Of a stretch of DNA of 64,000 bases, positions 17,966-26,490 are shown in pieces. The stretch comes from Candidatus Thorarchaeota archaeon. Lineage in GTDB: Archaea > Asgardarchaeota > Lokiarchaeia > Sigyniarchaeales > SOKP01. The translations under genes were made by a program, and so were the position numbers. Below the pieces are notes generated by a model. The model had not been told where the DNA came from, searched no databases, and saw only the letters and a list, made by a program, of their open reading frames with translations. Within the stretch, counting starts at the first letter, position 1; every line of letters begins with the position of its first letter. The stretch covers positions 2,409 to 66,408 of the forward strand of contig JBHLRJ010000003.1 in NCBI GenBank assembly GCA_048882645.1, given 5' to 3'.

Positions 17966-18655
17966 ATGGTAGAACTGAAAGAAAGACAAGTTGATCGAAT
18001 TAATTATGATAGACCAACCCTTCAACTTGATGGAAAAAATTATAGATTTTCTACTATCCAACTCCTCAATTTAATTATATGTGGACCGATATTAACTATT
18101 TTAATTTATTACTTCCTGAAACTTCGAATTAATTATTGGGTATATGAAATCACTGCTAGGCAGGTTGGTTTCATTTTAAATTTCATATTTAATATTAATT
18201 CAACGGTGATTATCGATCCATCCCATCGTATTTACCCTATTATCTATATGCCTGACCATCCTCTTAATGAAAACTATGCCATAACTACAAATTGCTTTGC
18301 CGCTCATATTTTTAGTATTTTAATAGGAATTATTTTGTTTATACCTAACTCAAAAGATAACTTAAACAAAAAGGATTTTATTGTCAGAAAAATTGAAATA
18401 TTAACAATTGCTGTCTTTAGTATTCATATTCTAAATATTTTAAGAATTGCTTTTCTATTATTTTTTAATTTTAATGGGGTCTCATTCGAATTTATTCATA
18501 GTTCTTTATTCTTTTTATCTGCGATAATTGGATCTTGGTTGTTTTTTATCTTAATTAAAAAATGGTTACCAGAGTTATTTATATCCATTTATTACGCATA
18601 CTTTTTATTATCTCAAAAGAAAAGAACAAAAAATGTCAGAGTTCAATCCAGTTAA
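17966..18655 (+). CDS. archaeosortase/exosortase family protein (putative)
   Basis: Polytopic protein with ordered Cys (TTNCFAAH, residue 110), Arg (NILRIAF, 160) and His (FIHSS, 178), as in the exosortase/archaeosortase catalytic triad pattern. Confidence 0.5.
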   Translation: MVELKERQVDRINYDRPTLQLDGKNYRFSTIQLLNLIICGPILTILIYYFLKLRINYWVYEITARQVGFILNFIFNINSTVIIDPSHRIYPIIYMPDHPLNENYAITTNCFAAHIFSILIGIILFIPNSKDNLNKKDFIVRKIEILTIAVFSIHILNILRIAFLLFFNFNGVSFEFIHSSLFFLSAIIGSWLFFILIKKWLPELFISIYYAYFLLSQKKRTKNVRVQSS

Positions 18656-18714
18656 CAACCAGATACATTATTTATTTATACGAATGCATGGTTATTTACT
18701 TAAAGGTTTTAATC

Positions 18715-19884
18715 ATGTATGATGTTGTAATCTCAGGAGCGGGACCGGCTGGTTCGCAGTGCGCTGAAGTTTTAGCTAAAGCGGGATATAAAGTTGCTTT
18801 AATAGAAAAGAATACAGATTGGCGGAAACCGTGTGGGGGTGCAGTCCATTCTAGCGTTGTGGATCTGTACCCAACTCTGAAAAAGTTAAACAAACCAAAA
18901 ATATCTGATGTTGTTATGCATTCAGCTGACTATCATAAATTAGAATTCAAGGGGAGTAGTAAAGAATATTCGATCATTATGGACAGACTGGAACTCGATA
19001 ATTTAATGAGAACTGCAGCAGTCGAAGCCGGAGCAGAACTATTTGATAGAAATACATCCTTTGATTTTATTAGGAAAGATCAGAAAAGAATTGGTATTAA
19101 AACAAAAACTCCTAATTATCACCTAGAATATCATGCTAAGATAATTATAGTCGCCGATGGAATGAGTTCTAAATTAGCTCTGAAATCAGGTATTAGATCT
19201 AAGTGGAAAAATTCTGAAATAGCTGTCGGAAAATGCGCTATTATGGAAGGTGATAACCATTTAGATGAGGAAACCGTTTACGTATACTTTAAACCATATC
19301 AAGGATATGGATGGATTTTTCCCCTAAGTAGAAAACAGTTTAATATTGGAATTTTTACTTTTGGGAAAGACAACCTCAACCATAACCTTCATCACATATA
19401 TAATGAATTCCTTGATAATCCAAATGTAAAAAAATACATTCCCGGTGTAAATTATAAGATTGTTTGGTCAGGAGCGTATTCTTTTCCTGCAGAAGGAGTA
19501 ATAGAGAAAGGTTTATATGATGATAACTTAATGCTTATAGGAGATGCGGGAGGGTTTGTCTCCCCCATAAGTGGCGAAGGGATTCAAACAGCTGTAATCT
19601 CCGGTAAAGTTGCTGCGGAAACAGCTATAAAAGCTTTACAAAATGAGGATTATACTAAAAATTCTTTAAAAAAATATAAGTCTAACCTTGAAATTAAAGA
19701 TATTATAAGAAATTTTAAACTTAAACGTTCTATGATCAACTACTTCTATGAAAATGAAGGGAAAAATCTCAATAACATGCTTAAATTGGCTCAAGAAGAC
19801 CCAAAATTTAGAACACAAATAGTAAACTTGTTTGCTTTCGGAGAAATTCCCTCAAAAGATTTACTTGCAAGAATAAATGATTAA
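18715..19884 (+). CDS. geranylgeranyl reductase family FAD-dependent oxidoreductase
   Basis: MYDVVISGAGPAGS dinucleotide-binding motif directly after the ATG at 18715. GDAGGFVSPISGEGI motif. The track's upstream extension from 18562 overlaps the preceding gene. Confidence 0.85.
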   Translation: MYDVVISGAGPAGSQCAEVLAKAGYKVALIEKNTDWRKPCGGAVHSSVVDLYPTLKKLNKPKISDVVMHSADYHKLEFKGSSKEYSIIMDRLELDNLMRTAAVEAGAELFDRNTSFDFIRKDQKRIGIKTKTPNYHLEYHAKIIIVADGMSSKLALKSGIRSKWKNSEIAVGKCAIMEGDNHLDEETVYVYFKPYQGYGWIFPLSRKQFNIGIFTFGKDNLNHNLHHIYNEFLDNPNVKKYIPGVNYKIVWSGAYSFPAEGVIEKGLYDDNLMLIGDAGGFVSPISGEGIQTAVISGKVAAETAIKALQNEDYTKNSLKKYKSNLEIKDIIRNFKLKRSMINYFYENEGKNLNNMLKLAQEDPKFRTQIVNLFAFGEIPSKDLLARIND

Positions 19885-19927
19885 TTGACAAAATATAGAT
19901 TAAATTATTGGTTGAAAAGTGATAAAT

Positions 19928-20788
19928 ATGAATGGTTTAATAATCTTGTTTTCCCAAACAGGTGGAACAGAAAAAATTGCGTTAAAAATCCGAGAAGGTA
20001 TCATAAATAGTGGAAATAAATGTGAAATCATTAAAATAAAGAGAGCCAAACTAGCGAATTTATCCCATTACGATTTAATTGGTATTGGCACCCCGACTTT
20101 CTATTATAGGGAACCAATAAATGTCCGAAATTTCATTCAGAATGTGGCAAAGTCGGATGGAAAACATGTTTACTTATTTTGTACACATGGAAGTGTAATT
20201 GGGAATACATTTTACTATATGGAAGAAGAATTAAAAAAGAAGGGATATACAATAATAGGGACTTTTGACTCTTATTCTGCATCTTCTTTACAATTCTATC
20301 CTGAAATCATGCATACTATTAATCACCCTGATGAAATAGAGCTTGAAGAAGCATATTCTTTTGGAAAAAGTATATGTGATACTAGTTTGAGAATAAAAAA
20401 TGGAGAAACAAGCCTAATTCCAAAATTTGAACTGATTGATGATACTTGGTGGGCCCAAGATTCCAAAAAATTAACTCCTGAACTTCTGAGGAATATCTTT
20501 CCTAAATTTAAAATTAATGCTGAGCTATGTACTAAATGCCTTGCATGTCAAGATGAATGCCCTACTGATGCCATCGATATTGAAGCACACCCTCCTGAAA
20601 TTCAAAAAGAATCTTGCATATTTTGTGGATACTGTGAAAAGTTATGCCCAGAAGGAGCAATTGAAACAGATTGGAAATTCATGAGAATTGCATCTAAAGG
20701 AAATTTAGAAAAATATGTTCAAGAGCTTAAAAAAGCAGAAGAAGAGGGAAAATTCCGACCTTATATTGATTACGAAAAAATAACTTAA
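19928..20788 (+). CDS. flavodoxin-like domain fused to a 2x[4Fe-4S] ferredoxin domain
   Basis: [15 protein letters not shown] flavodoxin-type N-terminus. [12 protein letters not shown] and [12 protein letters not shown] cluster motifs. ATG at 19928 (GTG at 19919 is possible). Confidence 0.8.
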   Translation: MNGLIILFSQTGGTEKIALKIREGIINSGNKCEIIKIKRAKLANLSHYDLIGIGTPTFYYREPINVRNFIQNVAKSDGKHVYLFCTHGSVIGNTFYYMEEELKKKGYTIIGTFDSYSASSLQFYPEIMHTINHPDEIELEEAYSFGKSICDTSLRIKNGETSLIPKFELIDDTWWAQDSKKLTPELLRNIFPKFKINAELCTKCLACQDECPTDAIDIEAHPPEIQKESCIFCGYCEKLCPEGAIETDWKFMRIASKGNLEKYVQELKKAEEEGKFRPYIDYEKIT

Positions 20789-20855
20789 ATACTAAAAATT
20801 ATTAAAGGTGCTGGAAATATGTTGTCTTTATAACATTACTTTATAATACTTCAGT

Positions 20856-21056
20856 ATGACTGAGCTCCTTTCTAAATTAAAAAGACGAAAATTTACCAAA
20901 GAACAAAAATCCTTCGCAGAAAGATATAAACAGTGTAATCGCTGTGATCTGAAATTAAACATTTATAATGATGAAGAAATTGTGTGTGCTATATGTGGAG
21001 AGACTTTTTGCATGACTTGTATAAATAGACATCAACGATTTTGCTTTCAATACTAA
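20856..21056 (+). CDS. small cross-brace zinc-finger protein (HIT/MYND-like)
   Basis: C-x2-C-x13-C-x2-C-x4-C-x2-C-x3-H-x3-C in a 66-aa ORF. Confidence 0.5.
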   Translation: MTELLSKLKRRKFTKEQKSFAERYKQCNRCDLKLNIYNDEEIVCAICGETFCMTCINRHQRFCFQY

Positions 21057-21061
21057 TAAGC

Positions 21062-21634
21062 TTACTCTATTAAACTCTTCAGATCTTGAATCAAATCCTT
21101 AACTTCTACCTTATCTAAATTCAATTTCACCTTACCTCCTCCAGGGTGCTCTACAGCCAGAAAGAAGTTATCATTGTTTTTATTAACTGACCATCTTTTA
21201 TCATCAGGCATTTTCATTGAAGAGTTAAGCCAATCTGTAGGCTTGAACTCAGCTATCTGGAGTAGAACGCCAAAAGCGTCTTTTGGATGGATAAAAAGTT
21301 CTTTCCACAACTCACTTCTCCTGTAGCCAAAATAAGGTATATTGTTTTTTTCCAAAACCTCTATTGTCATTTCAATATCTGGAGTTTGTAATACTAAGTG
21401 GTGAATACCTCCCTCCTTATTTTTAAAGAAATTTTCTAAGAAACTTCCTTCTCCAGTTGACTTTAGTAGTTCAAATCTTGAAAGATCTCCTAATGTGAAT
21501 GTTTCCCAATAATACTTTAAGCTATTATCAGTTCCACTGAATTGAGAAACGGCACCGAGAATTTTTGTATAGAAATCAAGAGCACCCTCATAATCTTTTA
21601 CTGCTAAAGAAACATGATCAATTCGCAAAATCAT
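21062..21634 (-). CDS. VOC (glyoxalase/bleomycin-resistance/dioxygenase) family protein
   Basis: IDHVSLAVKDYEGALDFYTKILG N-terminal VOC motif and a second beta-alpha-beta module with HHLVLQ. Confidence 0.75.
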   Translation of the reverse strand: MILRIDHVSLAVKDYEGALDFYTKILGAVSQFSGTDNSLKYYWETFTLGDLSRFELLKSTGEGSFLENFFKNKEGGIHHLVLQTPDIEMTIEVLEKNNIPYFGYRRSELWKELFIHPKDAFGVLLQIAEFKPTDWLNSSMKMPDDKRWSVNKNNDNFFLAVEHPGGGKVKLNLDKVEVKDLIQDLKSLIE

Positions 21635-21862
21635 ACTAGTTTGTTTTATCCAAATTTTATATTCTTTACCCTTAAAACTAGTCTTTTATAAAATTGTAAA
21701 ATTTATGGAGAAGATTTACTATGCAAAATTCAGAAAACGTAGAGGATATCATCAGAACAACAGTCTAAGATTGAGAATTTAACTCAACTCAAAACACGTC
21801 AATGAAATGAGTTATCTACTATAAGCTTAACATTTAATAAAATTTCATATTTATTTTTCATA

Positions 21863-22036
21863 ATGGATTTGTGCATTTTTTGTAATTCATTAACTTCTTT
21901 TAAGTTTGAAGGTAATGGTACGTTCAACGGAAAACCTGTTTGCCCAAAATGTCAAACTGAAAGATTCAATACAAATTTTAATACGGGTTGTGCCTCAGAT
22001 GATGAGTGCTCAATAAAAATAAAAAGAGATGATTAG
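21863..22036 (+). CDS. small zinc-ribbon protein (57 aa, below the ORF-track cutoff)
   Basis: Own translation: MDLCIFCNSLTSFKFEGNGTFNGKPVCPKCQTERFNTNFNTGCASDDECSIKIKRDD. CxxC-x20-CxxC. The TAG at 22034-22036 abuts or overlaps the DUF362 start. Confidence 0.35.
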   Translation: MDLCIFCNSLTSFKFEGNGTFNGKPVCPKCQTERFNTNFNTGCASDDECSIKIKRDD

Positions 22037-22916
22037 TATGACTAAAGTAGCTGTTATATCTACAAAAGATCGTGTGTATGGTGTAAATAAATCCCTTGAA
22101 TTGTTAGGAATCAATCCTGTTAAAGATAAAAACGTAATTTTCAAACCAAATTTCAATACTGCTGATCCTCCTCCTGCGTCAAGCTCAATAGAGACTGTTA
22201 AGCAATTTATCATTAAACTTAAGGAAATGGGAGCTAAATCTATTACAGTAGCAGAAAGAAGTGGTCCCGCAAATACTAAAAAAGTCTTTGAGGATAAAGG
22301 TTTATATGAATTAGCTAAAGAATTAGATTTTAAAATTGTGGATTTAACTCAAGTACCTGATGAGGAATATATCCTTAAAACCACTCAAGATTGCCATTGG
22401 AAAAAAGGATTCCTTTTTGCTAAAATCTATGATGAGGCGGAATGCATTGTAGAGACGTGTTGTTTAAAAACTCATATGTATGGAGGCCACTTTACTTTAT
22501 CTCTTAAAAACGCAGTAGGATTGGTTTCCAAAAAGTATATGGGAGAATTACATGGTTCGAAAGATCAAAGAAAAATGATAGCTGAAATAAATGCTGTATA
22601 TAAACCTGATTTAATCATTATAGATGGTATCATCTCTTTTATTGATCGTGGACCGATGGAAGGAACCCGAAAGAATGCTAATGTCTTTATTGCAGGAACA
22701 GATAAAATAGCTATTGATGCTGTAGGTGTAGCTCTTTTACGAATTCTTGGAACAACTCCAGAAGTAACCAAGGGACCGATTTTTGAACAAGCTCAAATTA
22801 AAAGAGCCGTAGAACTCGGTATAGGAATATCTTCACCAGAGCAAATCGAGTTTATAACTGATTCTGAAGAATCTGAAAGGTTAGTTGCCCAAATTAAAGA
22901 AAAATTAGCAGAATAA
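22029..22916 (+). CDS. DUF362 domain protein
   Basis: VIFKPNFN, ETCCLKTH and AIDAVG patterns typical of DUF362. Alternative ATG at 22038, directly after the upstream small-ORF stop. Confidence 0.6.
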   Translation: MISMTKVAVISTKDRVYGVNKSLELLGINPVKDKNVIFKPNFNTADPPPASSSIETVKQFIIKLKEMGAKSITVAERSGPANTKKVFEDKGLYELAKELDFKIVDLTQVPDEEYILKTTQDCHWKKGFLFAKIYDEAECIVETCCLKTHMYGGHFTLSLKNAVGLVSKKYMGELHGSKDQRKMIAEINAVYKPDLIIIDGIISFIDRGPMEGTRKNANVFIAGTDKIAIDAVGVALLRILGTTPEVTKGPIFEQAQIKRAVELGIGISSPEQIEFITDSEESERLVAQIKEKLAE

Positions 22917-22937
22917 ACGTTGTATAGTTCTTGATTT

Positions 22938-23732
22938 TTAATTTTGAAGTTGTTTAATATGTTTTTCAATATTTTTTATAGTTGAAGGAGGAAGTTCACT
23001 TAGCGATTTTCCTTGAAACCTATTAAAACAACTACAACAAAATCTTAATTCATTTACTCTAAATTTACCTAAGGTATGTCTTCTTCCAGGTTCTTCTAAC
23101 CATGCTCCGCAGTTAACACATTTCTTAAAAAGATTAATTCTTCTATTAAGTTGAATTCTTGTTGATAAACCCAAATCCCTTCTTACGTTATTTATATTAC
23201 ATCTGATTCTTTGCATATCAGTTTGAAAAAGAGAACAGAGAACCATATCAAACAATTCATTAACATTTCTTCCCGTTTTATGAGATACTTCAATGAATCC
23301 ATCCAAATTGAAGTCTCTTGATAGTTGAAGCCCTTCTGAATAAGAGACATCTCTACAGGTTTCCAAATCTGAGTTGGTTCCCGCTAAGATTATAGGTATA
23401 TTTCCTGCATTTTCTCTAACAACCTGTAACCACTTGGGGAAATTTTCCAGTGTAAACTTATTTGTAATATCATAGAGAAAAATTGCACTATCGGTGCCCC
23501 TACAGTATTGAGAAAGTAAGAACCTAAATCGTTCTTCGCCCCCAAAATCCCAAATTTGTATTTTTGCCTTTTTTCCTTCAAAACTAACAGTCTTGGAGTA
23601 AAAATCAACTCCGATAGTTAATCCTAATCCTTCTGTATAAAATCCTGTTATATATCGGATTGTTAAGGAGGCTTTTGGGACAGAAGAATCCCCTAACAAC
23701 ATAACCTTAAAAGTATAATCATAATCTGTCAT
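22938..23732 (-). CDS. Rab-like small GTPase with an atypical P-loop and a C-terminal CxxC...CCxC domain
   Basis: G1 GDSSVPKA (no GK[ST]), G3 WDFGGEE, G4 TNSD, G5 SHKTG. C-terminal CVNCGAW...FCCSCF. Confidence 0.7.
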   Translation of the reverse strand: MTDYDYTFKVMLLGDSSVPKASLTIRYITGFYTEGLGLTIGVDFYSKTVSFEGKKAKIQIWDFGGEERFRFLLSQYCRGTDSAIFLYDITNKFTLENFPKWLQVVRENAGNIPIILAGTNSDLETCRDVSYSEGLQLSRDFNLDGFIEVSHKTGRNVNELFDMVLCSLFQTDMQRIRCNINNVRRDLGLSTRIQLNRRINLFKKCVNCGAWLEEPGRRHTLGKFRVNELRFCCSCFNRFQGKSLSELPPSTIKNIEKHIKQLQN

Positions 23733-23963
23733 TTTAAATGAACTATTACCATAGAATTATTCTTAAAATTAATTGATACCGATCAATGACCTTAACCCAA
23801 CTAGTTGTGATGTATGAAAAAACTCTCCTTAAAATGTATGAAAAGGTCGCGATATTTGTAATTTAATATAGAAGTATTTAAACACCATGATTCCTTATGA
23901 AATCAGGTTAAAATTAAATAATAATGAGTTAAATTTATGTGTTAAAAAATATAAGAATTAAGC

Positions 23964-23991
23964 CCTCCTAGTAGTGAAAGCTACTAGGAGG
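23964..23991 (-). terminator. GC-rich hairpin followed (on the minus strand) by a T6 run
   Basis: CCTCCTAGTAG-tgaaag-CTACTAGGAGG is a perfect 11-bp stem in an AT-rich spacer. The minus-strand continuation GCTTAATTCTTATATTTTTTAAC contains the T-run. It lies ~70 nt after the 28-aa ORF stop. Confidence 0.4.
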
Positions 23992-24058
23992 TAATTCCGC
24001 CCAAGTCTTCAATATGGAAATAAAAAAGAATAAGTATGATATAATAAAATATTAAAAC

Positions 24059-24145
24059 TTATTTGACAATAAACACTGGATTGAATCCTGCGTGTTTACC
24101 AATATCATGTCTTATTTTTATTTCTTTCTTGGCTGCTTTTTTCAT
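24059..24145 (-). CDS. 28-aa basic peptide, copy 1 (MKKAAKKEIKIRHDIGKHAGFNPVFIVK)
   Basis: Own translation. ATG at 24145 and TAA at 24059-24061. Conserved paralogue at 26752-26838 with conserved upstream TATA. Confidence 0.4.
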   Translation of the reverse strand: MKKAAKKEIKIRHDIGKHAGFNPVFIVK

Positions 24146-24200
24146 TTTTTTCACTCTTTTTTAGTTTTTTTTTTTCTAATTATTATACTGATTATATTGC

Positions 24201-24208
24201 ATATATAG
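24201..24208 (-). promoter_or_regulatory. TATA-box-like element of peptide cassette copy 1
   Basis: The minus strand reads CTATATAT preceded by an A-rich BRE-like stretch, ~56 nt upstream of the ATG. Identical in copy 2. Confidence 0.4.
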
Positions 24209-24324
24209 TTTTTATTACAAAACTTTCTGTGAAGTTCGAATTAAATAAAAAGTTATAAAAGAAATTTGTAAAATTGCTCTTAAACGTTGAAGGATCCTAT
24301 TAAAACAGTTTTAAACCTAGGTCT

Positions 24325-25383
24325 CTAGACCAAAGTCTCAAAAATAGTTTTCGCTAGGTATGGGAATGATATTGTTTGATTTTTATACTCGGATAGAATT
24401 CTTTTGACTTCCTCAAATCTGTTTTTCAAGAGATTATGAAATTCATTAGATTTTAAGAAATCGTTAAACAACTCTGCGAATTCCAATTTAAACTTGTCTA
24501 TTCGCATTTCCTCTTTATCAAATAAATTGATCTCCCGTTTGAGTTCATAAATATGATTATAAAGATCCTCCCCAAAGATAGAGATATCATTTTGATAAGG
24601 TATCCCTTTTATTTCTCCTAATTGAAATGATTCACCTGTAGAGTTAATTAAAGATATTTGGTTTAAGCTCTCCCATGTTAAATTTGGTCCTAAAATGGGG
24701 ATAATTGGTATTTGATTGTCTAGTGCCAACTGTAGTTCAAATTTACATGGTTCAGAGTGTAATGAATTTTCAGTAGCAAAAAATAATAAGATATGACTTA
24801 ATGGGACGTATTTTCTCATAAATTCTATAAAGTTCATACCACCCTGAATCGCTTCTTCACTATAATATACTTTATAAATTTCTTCTCGCTCAGAAAGAAA
24901 TTTAGATGTATCCAGTATATTGATCAAATTGCTCTCAAAATCCTTTTCAGCATGACTACAAAACACAGTAATTGCATCATGTCTCCTGCAATAATCAAAT
25001 ATTTCAACTATATTGTTCTTTACAACCTGTGTCCACTCACCTTCCCATGGATTCCCATCTAAATGGATCTCATTTACACTTTTTAAATGCCACAATTTCA
25101 TAGGAAGTCCAGTTAATCTGTTACTCGTTAATCCGAGAAATTGTATCTTTTCGAGATTCATTATCGAATCTGGAAGGTTGGGTAGCTGATTATATGATAA
25201 GTTTAATATTTTTAGCGACTTCAGTTTATGAAAAGATTCTGGAAGTTTCTTAATTTTGTTGAAATATAGATTCAAATTTATCAAAAATCGTAAATTACCA
25301 AAACTTTCCGGCAACTGTTCTAATTTATTATTACTACAATCTAACTCTTCAAGTGTGATCAAATCTCCAAAACAATCTGGCAA
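24325..25383 (-). CDS. LRR + TIR-like domain protein (downstream part of an in-frame TAA-interrupted GTPase-LRR-TIR gene)
   Basis: LRR units (LxxLxLxxNxLxxLP) continue in register from the upstream ORF. TIR-like region ITVFCSHAEKDF ... ILLFFATENSLHSEPCKFELQLA. No ATG; the first codon is a TTG directly after the TAA. Confidence 0.7.
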   Translation of the reverse strand: MPDCFGDLITLEELDCSNNKLEQLPESFGNLRFLINLNLYFNKIKKLPESFHKLKSLKILNLSYNQLPNLPDSIMNLEKIQFLGLTSNRLTGLPMKLWHLKSVNEIHLDGNPWEGEWTQVVKNNIVEIFDYCRRHDAITVFCSHAEKDFESNLINILDTSKFLSEREEIYKVYYSEEAIQGGMNFIEFMRKYVPLSHILLFFATENSLHSEPCKFELQLALDNQIPIIPILGPNLTWESLNQISLINSTGESFQLGEIKGIPYQNDISIFGEDLYNHIYELKREINLFDKEEMRIDKFKLEFAELFNDFLKSNEFHNLLKNRFEEVKRILSEYKNQTISFPYLAKTIFETLV

Positions 25384-26490
25384 TTATTCTAATCGATTTT
25401 CAGCTAAGTCAAGTTGTTTTAGAGATTTTAATTGACAGACTACTTCTGGAAGATGAATAAAATGGTTTCCATTCAAGTTTAGATAATCAAGCTTCTCTAA
25501 TCTATTCAGAGAATCAGGAAGATCTGATATCCTATTTCCCCTTAAGGATAAATATTCGAGCAATTCCAACTTCCCTATTGATGAAGATAAATTCTCTAAA
25601 TTGTTTTTAGTAAGACCTAAAATTTTAAGATTTTTAATTGTAAAGACAAATTCTGGAATACTTGATATTAAATTATCATAAATCCTCAATTCTTCTAGTG
25701 AATTAAGTTTTGTTAGAATATCGGGGATTGCCTTTAATCCACATCTAAATAAGCCGAGACCTTTTACTTGATCTCCATCGATAATTACCCCAAAAGGTTC
25801 TGAAGATAATTTAGTGACTACTGGGATTTCTTGTTTTATTAATTTCTCTAGTTCTTCAAGAACTCTTGCTTGTTCTTGTTCAATTCCCCATCTATTCTGC
25901 TTAATGATTTGTTCAATTTCCATTGTAGGACGAAAACCAACTTCATCCTCGCTAATTTTATAATCAATTCCTTTACTTTTTAAAATTTGAGATATTAATT
26001 CCTGGAAAAGCATATCAACGTTTTTTCCTGTTTTTGCAGAGGTTTCAACATATGGGCAAGACAATTTATTAGCGACTGATATTGCATCCGACTCTGACAC
26101 TTTTCGATCATCTACTAAATCACTTTTGTTTCCTGCTAGAACTATTGGAATCCGACCTGTAGTTTGATATAACTCATCAAGCCAAGCAGTAACGCTTAAG
26201 TTAAAGGTATTAGCATCAGCAAGATCAAATACGACAATGGCTGCAGAAGCTCCCCTGAAAAACGTAGTTTTTGGTAATTTTAAACGTTCTTGGCCTGCCA
26301 TATCCCATAAGGTAAGATTAAGTACTAGATCTCCCACTTCTATTTGTTTGATAGAAAAATCAGCCCCGATAGTTAGAATATAGGATTCTTTGAAATGACG
26401 ATCTACATACCTCCTAATCAGACTGGTCTTCCCAACTCCAAAATCTCCTATTAACACAATTTTAAAGACTAAAGTGGTTTTTTCAGACAT
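25384..26490 (-). CDS. Ras/Rab-like (Roc-type) small GTPase fused to LRRs
   Basis: G1 GDFGVGKTS, G3 WDMAGQE, G4 NKSD, G5 SAKTG. A pre-LRR motif EQARVLEELEKLIKQEIP is followed by 5-6 LRRs. Ends at TAA 25384-25386 inside an LRR. Confidence 0.8.
   Translation of the reverse strand: MSEKTTLVFKIVLIGDFGVGKTSLIRRYVDRHFKESYILTIGADFSIKQIEVGDLVLNLTLWDMAGQERLKLPKTTFFRGASAAIVVFDLADANTFNLSVTAWLDELYQTTGRIPIVLAGNKSDLVDDRKVSESDAISVANKLSCPYVETSAKTGKNVDMLFQELISQILKSKGIDYKISEDEVGFRPTMEIEQIIKQNRWGIEQEQARVLEELEKLIKQEIPVVTKLSSEPFGVIIDGDQVKGLGLFRCGLKAIPDILTKLNSLEELRIYDNLISSIPEFVFTIKNLKILGLTKNNLENLSSSIGKLELLEYLSLRGNRISDLPDSLNRLEKLDYLNLNGNHFIHLPEVVCQLKSLKQLDLAENRLE

Larger units (their letters stand above)
24059..24258 (-). 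repeat. ~200-bp cassette (promoter + 28-aa ORF), copy 1
   Basis: Alignable by eye with 26752-26947, including ATATATAGTTTTTATT[AC]CAAAACTTTCT and AAAAGTTATAA blocks. Confidence 0.7.

Noticed and set aside
18562-18714. N-terminal extension of the geranylgeranyl reductase ORF as given in the track
   Set aside because: The extension overlaps the 3' end of the archaeosortase-like gene and is hydrophobic nonsense. The ATG at 18715 places the GxGxxG motif at the normal N-terminal position.
25384-25386. Selenocysteine or pyrrolysine recoding as the explanation for the in-frame stops (also 59948-59950)
   Set aside because: Both stops are TAA, not TGA or TAG, and no SECIS- or PYLIS-like context was looked for or seen. 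Nonsense mutation or generic readthrough remain the candidates.
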